Shown here piece by piece: positions 1-10,135 of a DNA stretch of 64,000 bases (position 1 is the first letter of the stretch; the number at the start of each line of letters is the position of its first letter). The translations under genes and the position numbers were made by a program. The notes beneath the pieces are model-generated. The model saw nothing but the letters and a program-made list of their open reading frames with translations. It made no database searches and was not told the DNA's origin. The stretch covers positions 11,343,918-11,407,917 of the forward strand of contig NC_068997.1 in NCBI RefSeq assembly GCF_001194135.2, given 5' to 3'. This DNA comes from Octopus bimaculoides. Taxonomy: Eukaryota.

Positions 1-39
<39 letters not shown>

Positions 40-100
40 TAGATAGATGCGTGTGTGCATGTGTATATATATATATATATATACACATATATATATATCT
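1..100. repeat. (TA)n / (GATA)n / (TG)n compound microsatellite
   Basis: Direct reading of the sequence. Confidence 0.95.
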
Positions 101-1167
101 TTATATGTTTATGTATATACTGAGATGCTGAGCTCTATTCAAAAATTAATTTGTATGTATATTTTTCCAGTGCGTGTTATATTCTTATTAACACAGTACA
201 CAGTTTTGGTGTAGCTGTCTTAATTACTTTGATCCATCAAGTTCCAACTCTATAGAGTTTAATTTCTATAGTAATCCATATCAGTACTGTATCTCATTAG
301 TCTCCATACAGTACGATTCCACATTATACCTGTATTACAAACGTTTACCGTAACCCTTCCGTTTAACAAATGATTTTGTTTTATAGGGACATATTGCAAT
401 TAATTATCCACCCTAGAACTCACAATGTTTAGGTGACAAGAAATACGGTGTTCTAAGATGGATGCATTATCAAATGACATTAATGACACAACAGAATCAA
501 TTTAGATGACATATTCCATCCGCTGCAAATTACCCGATATACGTTTCATAATATTAAACAGTCGGAAGCTCGGGTCTTATTAGGCAATACACAAATACAC
601 AGTTGTGTAGTTTCGACAATTCTTTAATGAGTTTTCCAAATAAAGGTTTCAGCCTTACTTAAATTTTATTAATTACGACCTTTGTATCTGTTCAGCATTT
701 CATGCAACCCTAAGCATGATTCAGGCCAAAATACATCTAAAATACTTTGTGATAAATAAACTGAGTAAAATCAAGATGGTGATGAGCGCAACTGAGCGAA
801 TGAAGACCTTCGTTGCAATAAAATAACTTAGCTATTTAAATCATGGTGTTTTGAGAAATATAATAGCATCCATTCTCTAAAATATCATCAATAAGTAAGG
901 CAAAATGAAAATAGAAATCACGACAGTACATCGTGGTTTATAGCAGCAAACTAATGTCTAGTAACTGTTGTACTTGGATACAAGAATAGATGTATGGCTA
1001 AACGATTCGCTTCGAAACCAAACTGCGGAATGCAATCAATTCATTCCTAATTTACGCTATCGGATGACTAATGATTTGCAATGAACATTTCTACATGGAT
1101 TCTATATATGGGGAAACAACGTTATACAAATACATACACAAACAAATACACACTAACACACTCGCAC

Positions 1168-1492
1168 ACTTCAAATAAAAATAAAGTGAACGCAAAAGCG
1201 AAAATACAGGAAACTGAACGCAAGGGGCGGTACCCCAGCATGGCCACAATTTAGTGATTGAAACGATTGAAAGATAAAAAAATGAAACTAAAAATTCGTG
1301 TATATATGTAAGTGAAGGCACGTGGCATTGTGGTTATGGCTGCATTCACCAACAAGGAGGATGTCCAGAAGAGGCCATGATTGAAGCCGATGGTGATTTT
1401 ATTCAATAAATTTCCTCATTAGTATTTCAAGATATTTTTAGATAATTTTGGCAAATATATATGTTAAAAAAAGATGTCAGTGATACTTCCAT
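1168..1492 (+). repeat. 325-bp direct repeat, copy 1 (partner 3428-3752)
   Basis: Matches 3428-3752 at a constant offset of 2260 bp; I see only two substitutions (ataAagtg/ataGagtg and gaacG/gaacA). Contains a SINE-tail-like segment (GGCGGTACCCCAGCATGGCC) and a tRNA-like head fragment (GAAGGCACGTGGCATTGTGGTTA). Confidence 0.95.
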
Positions 1493-1649
1493 ACGCGCAA
1501 ACATATACGCTTGCAATGTACGTATACAGATATATGATATCATAGATAGACGTCGTATCCATAGAAGTAACAGAAGGACCTGGACTATTATTCAATCGAT
1601 ACGAGCAAATGCATATCACCTCTTTATATAGCTCTATTTAAGTGATTTA

Positions 1650-2330
1650 TATAATTTACATAGTCTCCCGTGTGCAGAATAGCAGCAAATGTTTGGGTTT
1701 CGTGTATACGTTTGTTGGAGCAGTTGACAGTTCATAGATTTTGCTTTAATTATAGTTGGCAGATTTGTAGTGGCGCCATGAGTTATAATGTCAGATTAAG
1801 GTGGAGAGTAGGGGTGAGAAAGGAGTTATTCTTCGCTGCTTGGAAGCAGTGGTGGTGGTGGTGGCAATGGTAGCAGCAGTAGAATAAGATGTCAATGCTG
1901 ATAATGGATCTCTTGTGTTGTTCGGAGGAAGTGAGGAATCGGAATAGCTCTCCTGTGGAGAATGTCTAGGGCCTGTAGAGTTTAATCAGTCATCAACTGT
2001 GCTACTGTTGAGGAGTGATAGTTTTTGCTGACGTATAACAATAACAAATAACAAGACGACGTGCTCATAGAATATATTAATTTGACGTTCGGTAAGAAGA
2101 GAAAGATTTTGACGTTTCGAGCTTAGGCCTTCGTCGGAAATGAATAGGGAAGAGTCCGAAGAGGCTAAATAATCACCACCAACATGTGTGTAGTTACTTC
2201 ACTGCAGTAACATTCCTTAACAAATATTTAACCAGCTCATAGAGGTTACATGGAAACGATTCCTTTATTTGCTACACGTTTCTCACCATTTTCACAACCA
2301 TTCATTGATAAAAATTGTGAATGCTTTTCA
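1650..2330 (-). mobile_element. Probable Penelope-like element relic (pseudo-LTR region)
   Basis: The minus strand reads TTTCCGACGAAGGCCTAAGCTCGAAACGTCAAAATCTTTCTCTTCTTACCGAACGTCAAATTAATA, the hammerhead-bearing terminus typical of Penelope-like pLTRs, next to a GC-richer disrupted-ORF-like segment (1660-2030). No RT or GIY-YIG motif recognised and boundaries are approximate. Confidence 0.45.
2111..2140 (-). ncRNA. Degenerate minimal type-I hammerhead ribozyme-like motif
   Basis: Minus strand CCGACGA-A-GGC-CTAA-GCT-C-GAAA-CGTC matches the CUGANGA...GAAA core with a U4>C change, a short stem II, a palindromic ACGT stem III and a GUC cleavage triplet. Confidence 0.45.
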
Positions 2331-3427
2331 TTTGAAATAGGACCCCGCTCACAAAGCCACATTAAATACAAACTTAGAAAAGTTATAAATAACAATTACT
2401 CAGAAAAATTACTAGGAATATAATTTGAATGGAAACCAGGAATAGTCTGCACTTGTCATAATGTGTAATAGTCCATTGAAAAAAATATTCGATGAAACTC
2501 AAGGTAAAGAGATTCAAATGTTTTGTGCTCCAGCTTGAAAACATGAAGTCACATCCGGAAAATAAATGTTCGTTGTGCAGTAATAATAAATTGTGATCTA
2601 TCAAATAGTCGACCAAATTGACTGTCAGATTAGCTAACATACGGTGAATTTACTGTTTCATTCATCAACCAAACGTGTCATGAACCATAATAAATTTGTG
2701 AATCGAAATGAAGGTACTTATCATCAGTTTCCTCATGTATATATGATATAAATGTGTGTGTGTATGTGTTTGTGACTGTAATTATTTGAGTGGGTGCAGG
2801 TACGTGTTTGTTTATGTATTTGAGTGTGTGCGTGCGTGCATGCTTATTGTTGTCTTTAGTACGTGTGAAATTGCCATCAGAGTTAAGGTTAAATGTTCAC
2901 CTATTCTAAACCCCTATTGTCATATAATGCAATATATCAAGCCTCATTAATACAGACTCTGGCGATAACGCAATAACGACTGTCAAATATAACCGATATC
3001 AAATTGAGAAAAAGTTATCGTTACTTCACATACTTCATTACATACGTTTCAATGATTAATAATCAATGGAATCACGTAGGATTATTTCACCAAATATCGG
3101 GTATCGAAATTATACAAAGCGATTACAATATTGTCTTTATATACTTATATGAAAAAATATCTACAGAGCAGTCAACTCGTGGACGAAACAGTCATGAAAA
3201 ACACACAAACATTGAATGGAGGATAAAAAAGCGTAAGAGATTGAAACACATATTAATAAAATTGAAATAGTATGTAAATTATAAAAATAAAGATGAACAA
3301 AATACAAAAAAAACAAAAGAATGATAGGATGAAGATAATTTGATAAATGAGTATTTAGAAAGTGAAGCATAAAAGAGAAATAAAGATAGATTAATAAGAT
3401 AGCAAATAAAAGAGTTACAGTCAATGA

Positions 3428-3752
3428 ACTTCAAATAAAAATAGAGTGAACGCAAAAGCGAAAATACAGGAAACTGAACACAAGGGGCGGTACCCCAGCA
3501 TGGCCACAATTTAGTGATTGAAACGATTGAAAGATAAAAAAATGAAACTAAAAATTCGTGTATATATGTAAGTGAAGGCACGTGGCATTGTGGTTATGGC
3601 TGCATTCACCAACAAGGAGGATGTCCAGAAGAGGCCATGATTGAAGCCGATGGTGATTTTATTCAATAAATTTCCTCATTAGTATTTCAAGATATTTTTA
3701 GATAATTTTGGCAAATATATATGTTAAAAAAAGATGTCAGTGATACTTCCAT
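3428..3752 (+). repeat. 325-bp direct repeat, copy 2 (partner 1168-1492)
   Basis: Near-identical to 1168-1492. Confidence 0.95.
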
Positions 3753-3791
3753 TTTACCGTACTTTAGACAATTCGTTCACCACACCCTGTA
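3753..3791. mobile_element. Isolated Tc1/mariner-type terminal inverted repeat end
   Basis: ...CACCACACCCTG|TA is the reverse complement of TA|CAGGGTGTG, a common Tc1/mariner TIR start with a TA target. No partner TIR found. Confidence 0.4.
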
Positions 3792-3797
3792 TATGTA

Positions 3798-3843
<46 letters not shown>

Positions 3844-4127
3844 ACTATCTATCTATCACACTTCTATATATGGGCGTCCTCTCACAAAAATTCAAGCACT
3901 GAACGGCGTATTAGTTCTTCCTGGAATACAGCTTACAAATATGTGTGTATATAAAGTAACAGTAATTACTTGCATGCATATCCTTCCCAACAAAAATATT
4001 ATAGTATTTTGTAACTGTTTCTCTAAGAATCGTAAAGCACATATTTTCTTGCAGTATTGAATTAAGAGAAAATACGCCGTTTAGTGCTCTTGATTCATTG
4101 TGAGAGGACGCCCATATATAGAAATGT

Positions 4128-4171
<44 letters not shown>
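3798..4171. repeat. Inverted repeat / foldback with (TATC)n and (GATA)n outer arms
   Basis: The left arm (TATC)n-CACACTTCTATATATGGGCGTCCTCTCACAA...GCACTGAACGGCGTATT (3798-3912) is the near reverse complement of AATACGCCGTTTAGTGC...TTGTGAGAGGACGCCCATATATAGAAATGTG-(ATAG)n (4071-4171); spacer about 160 bp. Confidence 0.9.
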
Positions 4172-4172
<1 letters not shown>

Positions 4173-4213
4173 ATATATGTGTGTATGTATATATATATAT
4201 ATATAGACATTCT

Positions 4214-4270
<57 letters not shown>

Positions 4271-5048
4271 ATATATACAGATATATACAGATACATAGAT
4301 AGATAGACACATGAAGAGTAAAGAGGGAAAAACACAGATTAGTTTTACAAGATTGAGGAGTATATTACAGTCATAATAGTAAAGATATACAGTTTCGTGC
4401 AAAATAAGATTTTCTTCTTTCAACGTAATTCAAGTAAGAACCGGTGTTTCGCATTTCTCATCAAGCTAAGGGTTGAAAAATAGACATATTTTTAGGAGGA
4501 AGACATATTACAAGGGGAGATAATTGTTCAGTCATTATTTTACTTTAAAGGGGAGGTGAATCTGTAATTTTTATTCTGTGTCTGTATTTTATTCTGGCTA
4601 ATATCTTAAAATAGAAGGGGCCTGTTTATATTTAACTCTGGTTCACAATTTTGGACAAATCAGCTTTCTTTGTTCAGTCTTACTTGAGTTGAAATCCGGA
4701 GCATGTTGATAAAATGGGAAAATTACGAATTGCGGTTGTAATCATACTCCACATTCGTCAATGTTTTGACTGAAATATATTTGGCAATACTGTGGGGTGA
4801 TATTTTGGGGTGAGTTTTTTGGGGTATGTCTACAATATGTTTTAGGCACAACACTTACAACTTTCATTTGCTATTTTTCTAAGTTTTAACACAATCTCTA
4901 AAAATATGCAGACATAATTTCTCGGGGATAATCATGTCGTTTTTGCTGCCCTATTCCTTATATTTTCTGGATTTAGCTACGATAGCACGGAAGTTTGTCA
5001 GTGAACAGGTACGAAATTTTGGTAACCTTAAGATTATGACTCCTTGCA

Positions 5049-5082
<34 letters not shown>

Positions 5083-6099
5083 NNNNNNNNNNNNNNNNNN
5101 NNNNNNNNNNNNNNNNNNNNNNNNNNNNNNNNNNNNNNNNNNNNNNNNNNNNNNNNNNNNNNNNNNNNNNNNNNNNNNNNNNNNNNNNNNNNNNNNNNNN
5201 NNNNNNNNNNNNNNNNNNNNNNNNNNNNNNNNNNNNNNNNNNNNNNNNNNNNNNNNNNNNNNNNNNNNNNNNNNNNNNNNNNNNNNNNNNNNNNNNNNNN
5301 NNNNNNNNNNNNNNNNNNNNNNNNNNNNNNNNNNNNNNNNNNNNNNNNNNNNNNNNNNNNNNNNNNNNNNNNNNNNNNNNNNNNNNNNNNNNNNNNNNNN
5401 NNNNNNNNNNNNNNNNNNNNNNNNNNNNNNNNNNNNNNNNNNNNNNNNNNNNNNNNNNNNNNNNNNNNNNNNNNNNNNNNNNNNNNNNNNNNNNNNNNNN
5501 NNNNNNNNNNNNNNNNNNNNNNNNNNNNNNNNNNNNNNNNNNNNNNNNNNNNNNNNNNNNNNNNNNNNNNNNNNNNNNNNNNNNNNNNNNNNNNNNNNNN
5601 NNNNNNNNNNNNNNNNNNNNNNNNNNNNNNNNNNNNNNNNNNNNNNNNNNNNNNNNNNNNNNNNNNNNNNNNNNNNNNNNNNNNNNNNNNNNNNNNNNNN
5701 NNNNNNNNNNNNNNNNNNNNNNNNNNNNNNNNNNNNNNNNNNNNNNNNNNNNNNNNNNNNNNNNNNNNNNNNNNNNNNNNNNNNNNNNNNNNNNNNNNNN
5801 NNNNNNNNNNNNNNNNNNNNNNNNNNNNNNNNNNNNNNNNNNNNNNNNNNNNNNNNNNNNNNNNNNNNNNNNNNNNNNNNNNNNNNNNNNNNNNNNNNNN
5901 NNNNNNNNNNNNNNNNNNNNNNNNNNNNNNNNNNNNNNNNNNNNNNNNNNNNNNNNNNNNNNNNNNNNNNNNNNNNNNNNNNNNNNNNNNNNNNNNNNNN
6001 NNNNNNNNNNNNNNNNNNNNNNNNNNNNNNNNNNNNNNNNNNNNNNNNNNNNNNNNNNNNNNNTGTGTGTGTGTGTGTGTGTATGTAAACGCATTTTAG

Positions 6100-6653
6100 C
6101 AGTTGATAACTCAATTTATGTTTTTTTCTTTCCAGATGAAACGCATTGGAATTAATGATGGCAGTCTGACTAAGCTTTGAACAGAGGAAATTCGTTTTAA
6201 AATGCTACTAGAAGTTTGAAAACGCAGTTGAAGTGCAAAGACAGTTTAGGAGGGACTTTCAAACAGATCCACCAAACATGACCTACCATCACTCGAATTA
6301 GAGATAAGTTTGAAGCCGAGGGAACTGTTCAGAATGTCCACGAGAAGCATTCCAGAAGAGTACGGACACCAACAAGTCCCCAAAAGCAAGAAGGAGTACA
6401 GGAAACGAATCACCAAAGTCCAAGAAAATCCCTGCGGCAAGCGAGTCATGAGGTAGGTATTTGAAAATCGTCTGTTCAACTCATTTTAAAGCGTTGTCAA
6501 TGAAAACGTTACGTTTCAAGACTAGTCCATGCTATTAATGACGATGATCCAGACCGAAGGGTGCAGTATTGCGAGTGGTACTTGGCACGATGTGTAGAAC
6601 ATGCACACATTCCAACAAAGATTGTGTGGAGTAATGAGGCCACGTTCAAATTA
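6100..6653 (+). pseudogene. Decayed Tc1/mariner-superfamily transposase, N-terminal DUF4817-like HTH type, truncated at the first catalytic residue
   Basis: From the ATG at 6158, with stops and one frameshift: MAV*LSFEQRKFVLKCY*KFENAVEVQRQFRRDFQTDPP / TITRIRDKFEAEGTVQNVHEKHSRRVRTPTSP...SPRKSLRQASHEVGI*KSSVQLILKR...[21 protein letters not shown]...[12 protein letters not shown] (WSDE motif with D>N). Confidence 0.88.
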
Positions 6654-6664
6654 TACTTCTATAC

Positions 6665-6800
6665 TGTTTCCCCAGACTCACTTTTGTAAAGACCTAAGTC
6701 TATAAAAGTTCCATTTCCCCACATTGCCACGCGCTTGTATTGAAACCGAGAACGTAGGACATGAAGCAAACTTCTTAATCTTTCGACAATAACTCCTTTG
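6665..6800 (-). mobile_element. Diverged SINE (family A) 5' half
   Basis: Reverse complement (AAGAAGTTTGCTT...GGTTTCAAT..GCGTGGCA..GGG..TATAG..GTGAGT) resembles the heads of the copies at 28057 and 47715. It abuts the truncation point of the upstream transposase. Confidence 0.55.
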
Positions 6801-7998
6801 CACAAACACACACACACACAGAGACATACACACACATACACAAACACACACACACACACACACGCACAAGCACACACACATACACATATATGCATTGATA
6901 AATATACGTGTGTGCGTGTGACTGCGTGTCTGTAAGTGTGCGTAAGGTATGCAAACTTAATTGTAAATGTATGCAAATTAATTGCCGTATCATCGTGAAA
7001 GAGCATAAAGGATCGATATTCGCAGCAATTTCCAAAACGCACTGCGTTCTCACTTGACCAGAGTTGATTAATATTAATTCTTTAGGATCTGTTTGCCCCA
7101 TTTTCCCTGAAAATGTCATTTTAATTAAAAGTAATCGTATGCTTATTTAATTATGCACGTTTACACTCAACAATTTTGTTGCATGTGGACGTCTTGCGGA
7201 AGCAATTTTCCTCTGTGATTATAAATTCAAAATACTTCTTTCATTTATTTATCTCTCTATAGAAATGAAAATATCTGATGCTAACCTCACAACAAATTCA
7301 TTAATAAATCTAGATTTTAATTAATCATGAGAAGATCTGTGGCTATTTAATCCTACAGCTGAAATTTTAATTTGATCACAGCTGCTCCCCTTCCTATGTA
7401 ATATTTAGAACACTTGCTGATTCTATGACAAGCTATTACGTGGCAGCATTCATGGTTTAGACAAGCTATGTGTTAGAACAATTCAGTAGCTGAATAAATC
7501 ATATATACACAAAGCATTTCCCCACAAAAAATAGACGCACACGCGTACATAAAACTTGACGAACATACACACACTGTCTGTGTCTGACTATTTGTAAATG
7601 ACAAATGCTGTAGTAGGCAGAGTCATTACAGTGTTGACAGAAATAGCTCTGTGTGTGTGCGCGCATGCTTGTGTGCGTGTTCTGGCGTTCTAACTTGTAA
7701 TTTCAAATTGTATGATGGATTTTGGTTTCTATCCTTCTCGGATCTATAAAATAATGCACTAATGAAAGAGAACTCCGTTTAAGACAAGGCAAAATAGAGT
7801 CTTCACTGTAGAACGGAAACCGAATCTACGCTCAGTTGTGAAGATGTAATGACAAATGAAGCAACACGCGGATTGGGTTACATTAACTTATATATTACCT
7901 GTTCTGTATCAACCAGTATGACTGCCAACACACATAGGAAGAGATGCACAGAATGCATATGCACACAGACATGATTTCTTTCTCTCTCTCTCTGTCTC

Positions 7999-8031
<33 letters not shown>

Positions 8032-8177
8032 TTGTCTCTCTCACGCACACACGCGCATACAGACACATAGACACATACTCTCATACACACACATACACAA
8101 ACATGCACGAACACACATTAAAACGTGTAAATATCTTTAAAACAGTCACCATTATATAGTACAACTTAAAAAATAAA

Positions 8178-8245
<68 letters not shown>

Positions 8246-8757
8246 NNNNNNNNNNNNNNNNNNNNNNNNNNNNNNNNNNNNNNNNNNNNNNNNNNNNNNN
8301 NNNNNNNNNNNNNNNNNNNNNNNNNNNNNNNNNNNNNNNNNNNNNNNNNNNNNNNNNNNNNNNNNNNNNNNNNNNGAGAGAGAGGGCGAGAGAGAGAGAG
8401 AGATAGACAGTCAGACAAACAGACAGACAGATGACAGACAGACAGGCAGATAGATAAATAGATAGATAAATGCATATATATGTATAACACTGTAATTTCA
8501 GAGATGTAACGTTCTGTCACATTTTGAAATCAATATGATGGATAAAATGGAAAGATATGATTATTATACTGTTCACAGAAGACTCTGAGAGGATCTTAAC
8601 TCAATACATCTAAACAGATCTTCTATTCTGTACATCGTATTATCAATATTCGAGACGGCTTCGATTATTTCGCAGTTTCTTTGTTAGGGGTAGGTACAAA
8701 TTAATGTTTTTTTTTTTAATGATTATATTTATACAGCACAGATGTGAGTGATTTACT

Positions 8758-8817
8758 GTCTTATTCTTTTATTGATAGCGGCCATGCTGGAGCACCGCCT
8801 TTAGTCGAATAAATCGA
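8758..8817 (-). mobile_element. SINE family A 3' tail fragment
   Basis: GCGGCCATGCTGGAGCACCGCCTTTAGTCGA is the reverse complement of the tail seen at 10070-10100 and 63640-63675. Confidence 0.7.
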
Positions 8818-8819
8818 AT

Positions 8820-9891
8820 AAATGCGCAGATATGAAATTTGCTCGCCACTTCTTTTCCAAAATAGCGTCATGACGCCATCCACACTGTCAGAACTTTGGA
8901 AAGGATACGTAGTAATGCTTACCATTTATTTGTACCGTAAGCTCCAATGCAAACATTTCAGAGTGTTTGGGTGTTAATCTGAGGACAGTGCAGATGATTG
9001 GGAAAGAGTTGAATGAGTCTCATGGCGATTGCGATTGTTCGGCTCTTCGGAAAACACATTCCCATCGTTCAAATAAATAAGAAGAGAACTCCTGAACTTG
9101 TTGCTGAGATCCAGACCATAATTGACAACGATCCCTCCCAGTTAATCAGGTCCATCCCTAGGGACAAGGGAGTGTCTGAGATTCTCATCAGGCAGGTATT
9201 GCATGAAGGCGTTCGGTGTTCATCATACAAGATGAGAATGAGTCAATGTTTATCCAAAGCCATAAAGGACAAGGCAGAACACCGCGCAACGGAGCTTTTA
9301 AGCAAATTCAAGCATCCACTCCAACCGAACATGCTATGATTTTTCTGAGACGAGAAAAATTTCTGCCAGGATTAGATGGTGTACACTCAGAACAAACCAT
9401 GGCTTTCCCTGTACACAAAACATTATCGAGAGTGATAATAATAAGACATCCATTCAACTTTATGGTGTTTGATGTGATCACTGGTGATGGCGAAGTTATG
9501 CCTGTATCAATGTTCCCACACGGCCTCAGACTCAACGCGGAGACCTACATCAAAGGCCTGGAGGAGGGAGTGCTGTCCTGAGTCATGTGGATGGCTGCTG
9601 GAAGACTCTATGTCTGGCAACATGACTCTGCGTCATGCCTCACAAGCAGGGGAACCCAGTCGTGGCTGTCAGACAATTTTTGCGACCACGTACCCCCTAA
9701 CATCTGCCCACCTAATTCCCCAGACTGCAACCCTCTTGATTATCAAGTGTGGGGCGCAGCTGAGCGTGATACCAACAAAACTCCTTGTAACATCAAAGAT
9801 GAACGGAAGGCAATCATTATGGCAGCATTCGCCAACTTAAAAATATAGATCGCCCAGAAAAGTTGCAGGAGACACTCAAGTCGTCTGGAAC
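8820..9891 (+). pseudogene. Decayed DD37D (maT-type) Tc1/mariner transposase
   Basis: ATG at 8870. Frameshifted translation includes ISECLGVNLRTVQ, RTPELVAEIQTIIDNDPSQLIRSIPRDKGVSE, FF*DEKNF (D at 9349), VWQHDSASCLTS (D at 9624) and PPNSPDCNPLDYQVWG (D at 9738). Exactly 37 residues lie between the 2nd and 3rd Asp. Several stops and frameshifts; no TIRs recognised. Confidence 0.93.
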
Positions 9892-9914
9892 CATATGTAT
9901 GTATATATGTCTTT

Positions 9915-10135
9915 GTGTCTGTTTTACTCACCCCCCCCCATCACTTGACAACCGGTGCTGGTGTATTTATTTCCCCGTAGGTTAGTAGTTCGGCAAAAGG
10001 GACCGATAGAATAAGTACTAGGTTTACAAAAAATAAGTCCTGGGGTCGATTTCTTTGACTAACAATTTTTAAGGTGGTGCTCCATTATGGCCGCTGTCAA
10101 ATGAGTGAAACAAGTAAAAGAATAAAAGAATAAAC
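9915..10135 (+). mobile_element. SINE family A, 3' half
   Basis: CACTTGACAACCGGTGCTGGTG...GTTCGGCAAAAG..ACCGATAGAATAAGTACTAGG..AATAAGTCCTGGGGTCGATT...GGTGCTCC..ATGGCCGC...GAAACAAGTAAAAGAATAAAAGAATA; homologous to 63561-63715 and, inverted, to 47310-47480. Confidence 0.88.

Noticed and set aside
4430-5050. Possible DNA-transposon end (...ATTATGACTCCTTGCAG|TA) before the gap
   Set aside because: No partner TIR or coding remnant is visible.
4934-6114. Long ORFs of 350-390 aa, and similar ones over the other N-gaps (25.9-26.9, 30.4-31.0, 34.0-34.7, 45.0-45.8, 53.9-54.7, 61.3-62.2, 62.6-63.7 kb)
   Set aside because: They stay open only because runs of N translate as X; the flanks are microsatellites.
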